DNA of 64,000 nt from positions 66,621 to 130,620 of the forward strand of contig JAJXYF010000008.1 of assembly GCA_021780755.1 (NCBI GenBank). Reading direction: 5' to 3'. Below, one piece after another: positions 48,868 through 58,765 of the stretch. Source of the DNA: Deltaproteobacteria bacterium (lineage in GTDB: Bacteria; Desulfobacterota; Binatia; Binatales; Binataceae). Each line of letters begins with the position of its first letter. Positions within the stretch are counted from its first letter, which is position 1. A program made the position numbers and the translations under genes. The notes below the pieces were generated by a model. That model saw only the letters and a list, made by a program, of their open reading frames with translations. It did no database searches and was not told the origin of the DNA.

Positions 48868-50418
48868 ATGGCTCCGAAGAGAATCGATCTCGCGCTATTC
48901 GCCGTTGTCGGCATTGCGGCCGGAATTGCTTGTGCGATCGGACCAATCGGACTTATCGTTGCCGTCCTCATTTTTGCCGCGGCGATGTTTTTATGGTTCG
49001 TGCTCGCCGAGCCGAAGGCCGCGCTGTATTTGGGGTTTCTGCTCTTGCTCCTGGCGCAAATAAAATTTCGTTCACGCGATCCGGCCGCGGCGCTCTCAGG
49101 CAACATCGATAGCCAGATTGCGTTTGAACTTCTGATGTACGGATTGGTGTTAGTGATCGCACTGGTCAACCTCGTCAGAATCCTCGATCGCCCGCTCGCG
49201 CCCAGTCGCAACGAGTTGATCCTCGGCAGCTACGTCTTTTTGGCGGCGATTTCATGGTTCTGGTCGTATGCGCCGAGCATCACGTTGGTGCGCGCCTTTG
49301 AATTGGCGATTCTCTATACCTTCACGTTTACCGCGGTGCGCCAGCTTACGCCGAATGGCTTACTCGCGGCGCTCGGTGCAAGCCTGACCTTCATGGTCCT
49401 GACTTGTGCGGGGCTCGCGGCCGTGTTCCCGTGGGCTTCCGGTACCCGGATCGCGCATCAATTATCCGACTTCTCATGGGAGAGCCAGGCGCGCTTTACC
49501 TGGTTCGCTGTGCAGCCAATCAATGCCGCCGCCGAGACCGGCGTTGCGCTGATCTTCCTTGTTGCCGTCGGCCTATACCTGCCGGACGGGTGGCGGCGTC
49601 GCTTCTTACGCGTCCCTCTTTGGCTTTACGTGGTACCTCTCGCAATCGTGCTGCTGGTCACGCGAGCCCGGGGCCCTTTACTCGCGACGGCGGTCGCAAT
49701 CCTCACCCTGTCCTTGCGCAAATACGTGCAGATGCGAGTCGTCCTATGGGCCTCGCTACTGCTTGTTCTGCTGTTCGTGATGATCGCGGTTAATACCGGA
49801 ACTAATCTTCTAAGTGCCGAGAACGACGTGGCCGGCAGTGCGAATCCGATCGTTCAATTCATGCTCCGCGGACAAAGCGCCGGAGAATTCTTTTCGATGA
49901 CTGGGCGCAGTGGATTGTGGAGTACGATCCTTTCATTATTCGAGAGTCGCCCAATTCTCGGTTACGGCTATGTCGCGTCACGCGGCGTGCTCTTGAATGT
50001 GCTGCCATGGGCCGGAGAGGCGCATAACGCACTTGCCGAGACGCTGCTCGACCTGGGAATCGTCGGTGTCATCCTGGTGTGGATCCCGTTGATATCAAGT
50101 CTGTTCTCGAGCCTCTCCGGTGAGACACCAGAGCTGCATGGCTGGGCCGAGAGCTTCCTTTTCGCAACCCTTGTCTTTCTGATCTTTGATGGTTTCTCTG
50201 AGGCCGGATTCGTTGGAGTAGTGAGTACGATGCCGATAGTCTTCTTTACTGTGCTGTTCGCGTGTGGGGATGCCGTTCGTGCGCCATTCGCTGCCGCATC
50301 GTATCAATTCGATCGGCCAGCTTCCTATCGAGTATTCCCCGAAGGTGCTCGTCTGCATCAAGGCAACGGGTTCGCCGGCGGAGCCACTGATCGCGGGAGC
50401 GCGCTCGCGGAGCGATGA
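48868..50418 (+). CDS. O-antigen ligase / Wzy-like polymerase
   Basis: Polytopic membrane protein with TRARG, TGRSGLW, PILGYG and AHN..ETLLDLGIVG (Wzy_C). Confidence 0.8.
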   Translation: MAPKRIDLALFAVVGIAAGIACAIGPIGLIVAVLIFAAAMFLWFVLAEPKAALYLGFLLLLLAQIKFRSRDPAAALSGNIDSQIAFELLMYGLVLVIALVNLVRILDRPLAPSRNELILGSYVFLAAISWFWSYAPSITLVRAFELAILYTFTFTAVRQLTPNGLLAALGASLTFMVLTCAGLAAVFPWASGTRIAHQLSDFSWESQARFTWFAVQPINAAAETGVALIFLVAVGLYLPDGWRRRFLRVPLWLYVVPLAIVLLVTRARGPLLATAVAILTLSLRKYVQMRVVLWASLLLVLLFVMIAVNTGTNLLSAENDVAGSANPIVQFMLRGQSAGEFFSMTGRSGLWSTILSLFESRPILGYGYVASRGVLLNVLPWAGEAHNALAETLLDLGIVGVILVWIPLISSLFSSLSGETPELHGWAESFLFATLVFLIFDGFSEAGFVGVVSTMPIVFFTVLFACGDAVRAPFAAASYQFDRPASYRVFPEGARLHQGNGFAGGATDRGSALAER

Positions 50419-51524
50419 TCGAGGTCGTGGGCAGCAACAAACGCCTTCGAGTCGGCATCGACGGTCGCAACCTCAGACGTAACGGCAGCGGTTTCATTCG
50501 CTATACGGTCGAGTTGTGCAAGGCTCTCGATGCGGCGATGCCGGACGCGGAATTCTATGTTTATAGTCCGTTTCCGGTGGAACTTCCGGTCAAGTCGGAG
50601 CGCTGGATTCCGCGCGTAGATCATTGCTCGCTCAAGGGTCGCATTCGCGGCGCGTTTTGGCTTAAAGCCCGCTTGGGTTTTTTATGCCGACATGACCGGT
50701 TGGATTCATTCTGGGCCACGGTGACCTTCTTGCCGCCTCTAATGGCGGGCGTGAAGAAGGTCGTAAGCGTGCACGACGTCGTTCATCTTGTCGCGCCGGA
50801 GACGATGAGCCTCAGGCTCAATCTGCCGCTCTATCTTTTCTTCGCGCGTGACTGTCGGCGCGCTGACGCGATCCTGACCAATTCGCACGGAACCGCGGAG
50901 CGCCTCTACCAAACCCTCGGCTGTCGGACGGTGGGTGTGGTTCATCCCGCGGTTTCGAACGATTTTCGTCCGCGTCCGCCCGAGGAGGTCAGAGCGTGTC
51001 GTCAACGCTACGGTCTGGTCTCGCCATATATTCTGGGAGTCGGCGTTTCGGTTCGCCGCAAGAACGTTGAGACGCTGATTAGGACTTTTTTGGCAATGAA
51101 GCGCAACGGCGAACTGCCCAACCACGTTCTCGTACTGGCAGGGCCGAAGGGGCGTGATCAGAAACTGAACACACTCGTCGAGTCCAATCACGATTGCATC
51201 CGAATGCTCGGCTACGTTCCCGAAGAAGATCTGCCAGCACTATATTGTGGCGCCTCAGTGTTTGCTTTCCCCTCGTTATACGAAGGGTTCGGGATACCGG
51301 TGCTCGAGGCGCGTGCGTGCGGAACCCCCATCGTCGCTACGAACTCGCCGGAACTGATCGAAGCGGGTGGTCGTGGCCCTATCTACATCGAGCCCACGAT
51401 CTCCGGCATACGCACGGGACTTCTCGAGTCGCTCGCGCGTCCGCAATGTCCAGCACCTTCAGATGCGGAGCTTCCCCGCTGGTCGGAAAGCGTAAAGCCC
51501 CTCGCTCAAGCCCTCTATCGCTAA
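50415..51524 (+). CDS. GT4 glycosyltransferase (mannosyltransferase-like)
   Basis: RVGIDGR....SG..RY, SVHD, NS..T, RKN, GYVPEEDLPALY, FPSLYEGFGIPVLEA.ACG.P. Confidence 0.9.
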   Translation: MIEVVGSNKRLRVGIDGRNLRRNGSGFIRYTVELCKALDAAMPDAEFYVYSPFPVELPVKSERWIPRVDHCSLKGRIRGAFWLKARLGFLCRHDRLDSFWATVTFLPPLMAGVKKVVSVHDVVHLVAPETMSLRLNLPLYLFFARDCRRADAILTNSHGTAERLYQTLGCRTVGVVHPAVSNDFRPRPPEEVRACRQRYGLVSPYILGVGVSVRRKNVETLIRTFLAMKRNGELPNHVLVLAGPKGRDQKLNTLVESNHDCIRMLGYVPEEDLPALYCGASVFAFPSLYEGFGIPVLEARACGTPIVATNSPELIEAGGRGPIYIEPTISGIRTGLLESLARPQCPAPSDAELPRWSESVKPLAQALYR

Positions 51525-51655
51525 CGATTCGGATAGCGAATCCAGGTAGGGAATTGGCAGCTGCTACCTGCATCAATGCCAGATTTGCTGACATTTGCGT
51601 CTCTCTTTTCCATCAAACTCTTAAGTAAATCAATAACTCGATTATTGAACCTCAA

Positions 51656-51671
51656 TGGTATCATATTTGCT
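51656..51671 (+). promoter_or_regulatory. Putative sigma-54 promoter
   Basis: TGGTATCATATTTGCT = GG-N10-GC in an AT-rich intergenic region ~150 nt upstream of the 51819 gene. Confidence 0.55.
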
Positions 51672-51818
51672 TTAAAAGTCTCTACGCATTTGCAATTTAG
51701 CGCCGAGGGACATTTTCATTTGCAACAATTCACTGATTGGGCTATTTAAAGAGCGGTAGAGTAGCATGAGTAGCAGGCCGCTAATTCGCTCGATAAAATA
51801 GAGGTGTAAAGAACAAAA

Positions 51819-53522
51819 ATGACTATCAGATATCCTAAAAGATGGATTAAGGTGGTGTTAGCGAATGTGACTATGCTCATGTTTGCCGTCATTATGATCC
51901 CTGCTTCTGCCGGCGCAGTCACCTTGGGCCATGCTCTCGAATTCTCGGCGCTCAGTACTGCGGGTGATGTGAACATCAACAACGTTGCCAAGGTCGGCAT
52001 CGCCTTACTCGGTCCCCAAGGTGATGTCGGAGGTCAAAATGTGACCCTCGGCAGCAATTCGCTCGCTGGCGGGAATGTGGATACCGACCCGGGCAATATT
52101 ACCGTAGGTAATTTCTCGAGCGTCAAGGGCGAGTGCATTACCAATGGTGGCACCATTACTCTCGATCTTGGCGCAAAATGCCACACCCAGTTTACTGGCG
52201 GTGACGGTGGCCTTAAGGCGCAGGCCATCACGGACGTAGGCACGTTCGTCACTACTTTGCTAGGCGAAACTCCGACAACGATGCCTGCTCTGACGGTAAA
52301 GAACTATCCAAGCACGACGCTCGCCATCGGAGCTGGCCTTAACATCATCGAGATACCATCAGTGACGCTCAACAACTCCTCGACGCTGACTCTTGATGGC
52401 GGCGGTTTAGGGGGAACCGTGGTGCTGCAGATCGACACCACCCTGGAGATCGGCAGTGGCGCGCGGATTCTGCTTAAAGGCGGACTCAGTGCGGCCGATG
52501 TAGTGATCTACGTTGGCGGTAGCATCCCGATATGGGGTAACACCACCACGGTGAACGGCACCATTCTGGTGCCCAATGCTGCTGTCGCGGCCGGCAGTGG
52601 CGCCAAGGTTTTTGGTGCGATTATTGGCGAGGGTAATGTAACGTTTTTGCAGAACGCTGGGCTCACCTTTGAACCAACGCTGGTCGACCTACCGGGTACG
52701 ATCCCGCCTCCTCCTCTTACGCTCGGCAATGCCGCTTCATTCCTAGTCGTAGCTACGGGCGGAAACGTGAAGCTTGGTAACGTGATGCTCGCTAATCCTG
52801 CATTCCCGAATTCCGGTGATATTGGTGGAGAAAGCGATGTCTTCGGTAGCAACTCGGTCATTCAGGGTAATGTGATCGCTTCCTCAGGCGCGTCACCTGA
52901 TGTTACGCTTGGGAATTTCACCAAAGTGAAACAGACTTGTTACACCGCTGGTGGAACCGTGGCAGTAGGCTCTGGTGCATCGTGTGCAAGTACTGACACG
53001 AGCGCTTCCAATACGGCAGTCTCCCGGCTTAACGGTTCGGGATCAGATGCGAGTTCTTTCGCTGCCGCAGCGAACGCCTTCCCGGTCGACCAGTCGCTGG
53101 CTGCGATCAACATTCCGGCATCACATAGCCAGACGGTCACTTGCGGCGTAGCAGGTCGCAACGTAATCGACACCCCGTCGATCACGTTGGGCGGCTCGTC
53201 AACGCTGACAATCAATTGCGCAAGTGGTGACATCGTTGTCTTCAATGTGCCCGGCGCGATGACCCTTGGTGCGGGTTTCACGATTGCGCTCACCGGCGGC
53301 ATCACGGCCGACTCGGTGGTGTTCAATGTGGAAGGCGTATCGGCGACTGCTGCCCTCATTGGCGGAACTTCGAGTACTTTCAATGGGACCTTGGTTGCAG
53401 CATCACGTAATTGCCAGGTGAACACCGGTGCGGCAATCAATGGGCAACTGGTTTGCGGCGGGAACGTCACTGTCGGTGACAATCTGACCGCGACCTACGT
53501 TCCGTTGGTTCCGATTCCGTAA
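51819..53522 (+). CDS. Secreted protein with two tandem ice-binding-like domains, paralog 3
   Basis: Signal peptide (..AGA|V). Domain 1 starts VTLGHALEFSALS and domain 2 starts LTLGNAASFLVV after a Pro linker (PGTIPPPP). Both have TL(N/G)(N/G)SSTLT, L.GG..A..VV and (V/F)NGT. Confidence 0.7.
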   Translation: MTIRYPKRWIKVVLANVTMLMFAVIMIPASAGAVTLGHALEFSALSTAGDVNINNVAKVGIALLGPQGDVGGQNVTLGSNSLAGGNVDTDPGNITVGNFSSVKGECITNGGTITLDLGAKCHTQFTGGDGGLKAQAITDVGTFVTTLLGETPTTMPALTVKNYPSTTLAIGAGLNIIEIPSVTLNNSSTLTLDGGGLGGTVVLQIDTTLEIGSGARILLKGGLSAADVVIYVGGSIPIWGNTTTVNGTILVPNAAVAAGSGAKVFGAIIGEGNVTFLQNAGLTFEPTLVDLPGTIPPPPLTLGNAASFLVVATGGNVKLGNVMLANPAFPNSGDIGGESDVFGSNSVIQGNVIASSGASPDVTLGNFTKVKQTCYTAGGTVAVGSGASCASTDTSASNTAVSRLNGSGSDASSFAAAANAFPVDQSLAAINIPASHSQTVTCGVAGRNVIDTPSITLGGSSTLTINCASGDIVVFNVPGAMTLGAGFTIALTGGITADSVVFNVEGVSATAALIGGTSSTFNGTLVAASRNCQVNTGAAINGQLVCGGNVTVGDNLTATYVPLVPIP

Positions 53523-53542
53523 CTGCACTGAAGTAACCCTCG

Positions 53543-53576
53543 CCAAGGTGTTGAGGGATTTCCCTCAACACCTTGG
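53543..53576. terminator. Perfect inverted repeat between convergent genes
   Basis: CCAAGGTGTTGAGGGA-TT-TCCCTCAACACCTTGG, 20 nt after the 53522 stop. Confidence 0.75.
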
Positions 53577-53782
53577 GCAGAGGCCGACAGCGGACGATTG
53601 ATTTGGATGGGGGATCCTGAGTTCACGCCGGGGTCCCCGACGCTTATTCAGGGGCCGGAAACTTCAGGTGTGGACTTCGATTAGCCTTCGGGTGACCAGC
53701 CTGACGCGTCTCTCGCTACTGTATTTTGATCGGACAAGCCGGCGCGGATCGAAAGGGTTGCCCCGAATTCCCGTCGTCTTAT

Positions 53783-55501
53783 TTATTCGCTTGCGTTCCG
53801 GAACCGTTCGGCTATTTCAGGCGGCGCGACGGGAAGGTTTCGGCCGCTTAATCGACTGCCGGCGCCAGGCATAAACTTATAGTTGGCGGCGTCCGTAAAG
53901 TGTGGATCCTCGAAGATTGAACCCTGGTCGCGCGATCTGCTTTGCCATCCAGCGAAATTCAGCCGCTCCCCGCCGGCCATCCGGAAGACGTCGCTCCGGT
54001 CCGGATTGAACCACAGGTTATCATGCGAGGTGAGGGTATCGACGAAATCCTTCCAGAATTCGGGCGCGAGAGTAGTTGCGATCAGCGACTCTGCCCCGCT
54101 GCCAACGATAACGTCATGCTGCAAATTCCAATGATCTGAGACGAGCATCTGGGTCTGTCCCGTTTTCCAGCGCTTAATCGGTCGCGGCGTATCATACATG
54201 CCGCTGATCAAAATCTGTGATTTTCCATTGTTATAAAGAATGTCGTTATTGAGCGAGACCCCACTCGAATTTCCGCTCAGCACACCCGCGCCGTCCCGAT
54301 TATCGCAGATAATGCTGTGGGTCAGGCCGATCGGCCCTGGGTTCGCTTCGATGAAAACGCCGTCGGTCTGATTTCCGCATATAAAGGCGTTGTCCACCAC
54401 GACATCGGAGCAGTCGGTGTCGAACCAAACCCCGCGCGTTTGATTGGCAATGGCGACAAGACCGCGATAAACGGCATTCGTGATCTGAAGACTCTTGATT
54501 CCGGCCGGCGCCCATCCGATAAAGCCGCCGGCTGCTCCCCGCCAGTTATTATGCGACGTCTCGCTATTCTCGAGCAGCAGGTCATTGACCCGCCACAGCG
54601 TCATGCCTGCGCCGCCGTTGAAGTTTGCCTTGCTGTTTCTGATGGTGAAGCCGTTAGTGGCACGAACCGACAAGCCGAGCCAATTATTCCAGACCAGGAG
54701 ACAGTCGGCGATCGTTACGTTCGATGAATTCTCGACCGTAACCGCGGCTTCCTGCATTGGTCCGTTCGAATACTCAAATGTAAGGCCCCGTACAACGATA
54801 TTTCCCCCACCCTCGATGCGAAACAGAGAATTCCGCTCCGCCACCTCGACAGTCGCGGTATCGAGAATGGTGCCGGCTTGCGGGTGAACGTAGGTGATGT
54901 GCGCATCGTCATCCACATAGAATGACGCGTTCGCACGTTCCACCTCCCTGCGCGACATCACCTGTTCGAGCGAATGTCCATTGACGATAATCATTTCGCG
55001 CCGTCTGACGATCGGAGTAATCCGTTGCGACTCCCAACCCGCCGGAATCGAGGCCAAGCCCCACGAATATGGCCATGAATGCGTCCAGACCGAAGAGTTC
55101 GTGCGCTGCCAGCCCTGCCAGATATTTGCGCCCGACACTGTAACTCGGCCATTCCCCGCGCCTTCGATGATTATCGGCGCAGGCTTCTCGGAGCGCGCGG
55201 AGCCAACCGTGATCGCCTCGCGATAGACTCCGGGGGATACGACAATTCTGGTTCCAACGTTTCGTGCTCGATTCCGGATCGCGATTGCCGTTGCGGCGCC
55301 GATCGTCCGCAATGGTGCGGCGCGCGTTCCCTGGTTGCTGTCGGACGCGTGGATCGCCGGTCCATCCACATAGAGCGTCGCGCCAACCGTCCCGGACATT
55401 ACCGTGCCCGTCGTCTGCGCGGATGATCGATCAGCGAGGCTGAATACGGCAAGCACAGCGAACCATGCCGCCAGCACCTTTATTCGCGTTGCCAGGAACA
55501 A
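53783..55501 (-). CDS. Secreted right-handed parallel beta-helix protein
   Basis: Signal peptide, LYVD....ASDSN.GT...PLRTI..A, I.V.PGVYRE, Asn-ladder repeats, GVWFDTD, DPHF.D....F. Confidence 0.8.
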   Translation of the reverse strand: MFLATRIKVLAAWFAVLAVFSLADRSSAQTTGTVMSGTVGATLYVDGPAIHASDSNQGTRAAPLRTIGAATAIAIRNRARNVGTRIVVSPGVYREAITVGSARSEKPAPIIIEGAGNGRVTVSGANIWQGWQRTNSSVWTHSWPYSWGLASIPAGWESQRITPIVRRREMIIVNGHSLEQVMSRREVERANASFYVDDDAHITYVHPQAGTILDTATVEVAERNSLFRIEGGGNIVVRGLTFEYSNGPMQEAAVTVENSSNVTIADCLLVWNNWLGLSVRATNGFTIRNSKANFNGGAGMTLWRVNDLLLENSETSHNNWRGAAGGFIGWAPAGIKSLQITNAVYRGLVAIANQTRGVWFDTDCSDVVVDNAFICGNQTDGVFIEANPGPIGLTHSIICDNRDGAGVLSGNSSGVSLNNDILYNNGKSQILISGMYDTPRPIKRWKTGQTQMLVSDHWNLQHDVIVGSGAESLIATTLAPEFWKDFVDTLTSHDNLWFNPDRSDVFRMAGGERLNFAGWQSRSRDQGSIFEDPHFTDAANYKFMPGAGSRLSGRNLPVAPPEIAERFRNASE

Positions 55502-55613
55502 ACGGATGCACCCTGAGCCAAGGCTATCAGCGACTCAACCGTCGCGCTGTAAAGTGGCAACAGGTCGTCGTGGATACACGACGACCTGTTGCCGCTCTGA
55601 CGACCTTGAGCCG

Positions 55614-57260
55614 CTATTGAAATTGATCGGGCGTACCGCAATAGGAAGGAAGCTGAACTGAGGGTACGGCGGAAGTCGAATTCCCGTCCTGCTGTGTGCT
55701 GCTCTGCCATCCGGCGAGATTCTGGCGCCCGAATAAAGTGGAAAACGGCGCATAATTCGTGGCGCCGTACCAATCATTATAGTCGGAGCTCAGCGTCTGG
55801 ACAAACAACGCCCATGAGCTATGCAAACTCGAGGTGAGCACGTATTGCTGCGACGATGTGCCGGCAAGGACGTTGCCGTTGAGCGAGAAATTTTGCGAGT
55901 ATAGAGAATATGACTGACCCGTCGCGAAGTCGATGACCTTTCGCGGAGAGTCACTTCCGCCAATAAACGTTCCGGCCTTGTTGCCATACGCAATGCTGTT
56001 CGTGACGGCGAAGTTCGTCGCGTTTGCGACTTGAATTCCGTTGGAGACATTGCGCAGCAAAAGAACGTTCTGCAGATTTACTGGACCCTCGCTTGCCTCC
56101 ACGAAGAATCCGTTGGTGAGGTTCCCACAAAACTGCGAATTTGAAATAGTTACATTTCGGCTGTCGGTATCGAGCCATAATCCGCCGGTCTGATTGTAGG
56201 ACGATACGTAATTGACCAGCGAGGCATCGTGAATCCGCGTGATCTTCATCCCGTCCGCGTCGAAGCCCACGAACCCGCCGGCGGCGCCGCGCCAGTTGTT
56301 ACTCGACGTCTGATCATTTTGGAACAGTAGATTCTCCACCTTGGACATCGCGATGCCGTTCTCGCCGTTGCCGTCCGCTTCGCTGTTCTGGATCGTCACC
56401 CGACTCACCGGGTTGCCTGAAAGCGAAAGCGCATCCCAGTTGTTCTGATTAAACGCGCAATCATCGACCAGAATGTTCGAGCCGCCGATCAATTTGACCG
56501 CGGCATTGCCGACCGCATTAACGGCGGTGTTGTCGTATTCGAATACCAATCCCCTAAGCACAAGGTTGCTGATTCCGCGCGGCATCACCAGCAGACCCGC
56601 CCTGGTGGAGACTTCAACCACCGCGCTCGACATGTCCGTACCAGCGGGTGGCCAGATCGTTATCGTGCTACCGTCCACCACGTTGAATGTGCCCGGGCCC
56701 GGCAATGGCAATGAGAGGACCTGCGTGAGCTGAACTTTATTGACAAACACCATCTCCCGCCGGGTCACAATCGGCTGCAGGGTAGGCCAGTATGCTGGTG
56801 TCGGCGCGTTGCCCCATGTGTACGGCCAGGCATGAACGTAGGTTCCGCCACTCTGACTCTGCCAACCGGTCCATACGTCGGCGCCGGACACCACCGCCTG
56901 TCCCGGATTCATCGCCTCGATAATCAGCGGGGCCGGATCGCTTACGCTAAAGGCACTCAGGCTGAGTGCTTCGCGATAGGTGCCGTCCCCGATTTCGATT
57001 CTTGCCCCGTTTGCTATATTGCTTGCGGCTGACGTGAGTGCGCGCCCGATGGTCGCGAACGGCTCACTTTGCGTTCCTGGGTTACTGTCCGATGCCGCCG
57101 GGTTCGACTGATCCACGTAGATCGTGGTGGTCACCGCGGATTCGTCGATCTGGGCGCCCGTTATCTGAGCGTACGCGTTGGAAGCCATGGCGATCACGAT
57201 CGCCAGCAGGGCGCTGCTTCCGAATCGCAACTTTGACGATAAAGGATTATATTTCTTCAT
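55614..57260 (-). CDS. Secreted right-handed parallel beta-helix protein (paralog of the downstream gene)
   Basis: Signal peptide (AYA|Q), IYVD....ASDSNPGT..EPF.TI, GTYRE, RREMVFVN, NNWRGAAGGF, GLWLDTD. Confidence 0.8.
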   Translation of the reverse strand: MKKYNPLSSKLRFGSSALLAIVIAMASNAYAQITGAQIDESAVTTTIYVDQSNPAASDSNPGTQSEPFATIGRALTSAASNIANGARIEIGDGTYREALSLSAFSVSDPAPLIIEAMNPGQAVVSGADVWTGWQSQSGGTYVHAWPYTWGNAPTPAYWPTLQPIVTRREMVFVNKVQLTQVLSLPLPGPGTFNVVDGSTITIWPPAGTDMSSAVVEVSTRAGLLVMPRGISNLVLRGLVFEYDNTAVNAVGNAAVKLIGGSNILVDDCAFNQNNWDALSLSGNPVSRVTIQNSEADGNGENGIAMSKVENLLFQNDQTSSNNWRGAAGGFVGFDADGMKITRIHDASLVNYVSSYNQTGGLWLDTDSRNVTISNSQFCGNLTNGFFVEASEGPVNLQNVLLLRNVSNGIQVANATNFAVTNSIAYGNKAGTFIGGSDSPRKVIDFATGQSYSLYSQNFSLNGNVLAGTSSQQYVLTSSLHSSWALFVQTLSSDYNDWYGATNYAPFSTLFGRQNLAGWQSSTQQDGNSTSAVPSVQLPSYCGTPDQFQ

Positions 57261-57339
57261 AACTGGCGTTCTCAACAAGTACTACAATTTCGTTCATAAT
57301 ACGATACAATTTATGATGTTTACGCGTGCTCTATAGTGA

Positions 57340-57355
57340 AGCACTTGGCGTGCCA
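57340..57355 (-). promoter_or_regulatory. Putative sigma-54 promoter
   Basis: Minus strand reads TGGCACGCCAAGTGCT (TGGCACG-N4-GTGC, GG-N10-GC), ~80 nt upstream of ATG 57260. Confidence 0.6.
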
Positions 57356-57434
57356 TCGAAGATTCGGCGAAGTGGGCCGAGATAGGCCACTGTAAGCTCA
57401 AATCGGGAAGAATAAGTTGTTGCAAAATCGCACA

Positions 57435-58208
57435 ATGTCCGAGGATCGCTGTCCGTTTTGTGGAAACGATGCCGCTCTATATCTGGCAACCGCCGGGTTC
57501 GGGAGATGCCGCTCCTGCTCCCTGATTTTCCGCGCCAATGTCAGCGGACCGGCAGATTTGGACGAACTTTACGCGCAGAGTTGGGCTCATCCGGAGACCA
57601 ATCGCAGCGAGACCGGTGGCACGGAGTTGGCCCATTCCCAGGTGTACGCCCGGCTGCTCGCGAAAAGCCTCGCGGTAAACGACTTTCGCGGTCTCACGCT
57701 CTGTGATTTCGGGGCTGGCCGCGGATCAATGGCGCAAGCGCTGATCGAACTGGGCGGGGAAGTAATCGCGATTGAGCCGTACGGCCATGAATACCTGATT
57801 TCGCGTGGCATTAAGACTTATAAGACGCTGGCCGACGTCCCGGCGCAAGTACAGTTCGATGGCATCGTCAGTGTCTCGGTGCTGGAGCATCTGCGTGCTC
57901 CATGGCAAGAGCTCGAGCAATTACGCGATCGTCTGAAATCAAAGGGATGGGCCTACTTCGCAACTCCCAACGCCGCCGGATTGGCAGCCCGTATCGGGGG
58001 TAACCGATGGCGGGAGGCGTTAAGGCCCGGCCATCTGGTTCTGTTGACTCCCGGAACGATCGCGAACGCTCTGTCGAAAGCCGGGTACACGAATTTCAAA
58101 CGGCTTAAGTGGTATATAGGCTATCGCCGAGGGATACGGAAAGCCTTGGGCTATTCTCTTCAGTTGTCTGGCTTTGACGGTGAGCTTCGCTATTTAGCAT
58201 TCAACTGA
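57435..58208 (+). CDS. Class I SAM-dependent methyltransferase with N-terminal Cys4 motif
   Basis: CPFC..CRSC, DFGAGRG (motif I), FDGIV...VLEHL..P, LKSKG....TPN, P.HL. Confidence 0.85.
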   Translation: MSEDRCPFCGNDAALYLATAGFGRCRSCSLIFRANVSGPADLDELYAQSWAHPETNRSETGGTELAHSQVYARLLAKSLAVNDFRGLTLCDFGAGRGSMAQALIELGGEVIAIEPYGHEYLISRGIKTYKTLADVPAQVQFDGIVSVSVLEHLRAPWQELEQLRDRLKSKGWAYFATPNAAGLAARIGGNRWREALRPGHLVLLTPGTIANALSKAGYTNFKRLKWYIGYRRGIRKALGYSLQLSGFDGELRYLAFN

Positions 58209-58700
58209 TTTTGCACTTCTTAAAATAACTTACTCTCCGTCATAGAGATCCCGATTCCGAACCCGAAATCCTCCTCGGGTAACGCGGCAATACATAAGGT
58301 CTTTGCCTGCTACGGCGCGAAATTAAAGCGTACTGCGACGAATGTTGACAGCTTGCGGTGTAGTGCTCCATCCCAGCAGGCATGTTCAGATCCGGGGCCG
58401 GTCGCTCGAAGGCCGGGTACACGCCGGTACACGAATTTAAAATGGTTTAAATGGTCTATAGATCATCACCAAGCGATATGGAAAGTCCTGGATTATTCTC
58501 TTCAGTTGTCTGGTCTTGACGGTAGGGTTGGTTATTAGCATTTAACTGATTCTACGCCCTCTAAAACAATCTACTCTCCATCGTAGAGATCCCCATTCCG
58601 AACCCGAACTCTCCTTCGGGTAATGGCAATACATACGGTCTTTGTGTGCTATGGCGCGAAATTAAACCATATTGTGGTGAATGTTGACATTTGCTGCATA
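58074..58700 (+). repeat. Degenerate tandem direct repeat (~290 bp x2)
   Basis: 58074-58365 aligns with 58406-58700. Shared blocks include TATTCTCTTCAGTTGTCTGG, TAGAGATCCC.ATTCCGAACCCGAA, GGCGCGAAATTAAA and GAATGTTGACA. Confidence 0.9.
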
Positions 58701-58765
58701 GTTGAGTACTAAATGCCGTCGTGTCGCATAACTCAAACCCTCAAAACTTAGCAGTGGGGAGATCA

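Noticed and set aside
58074..58700. Repeat region considered as CRISPR array or riboswitch tandem
   Set aside because: Only two long degenerate copies that include coding sequence, with no repeat-spacer periodicity, no cas genes, and no riboswitch consensus I could recognise.
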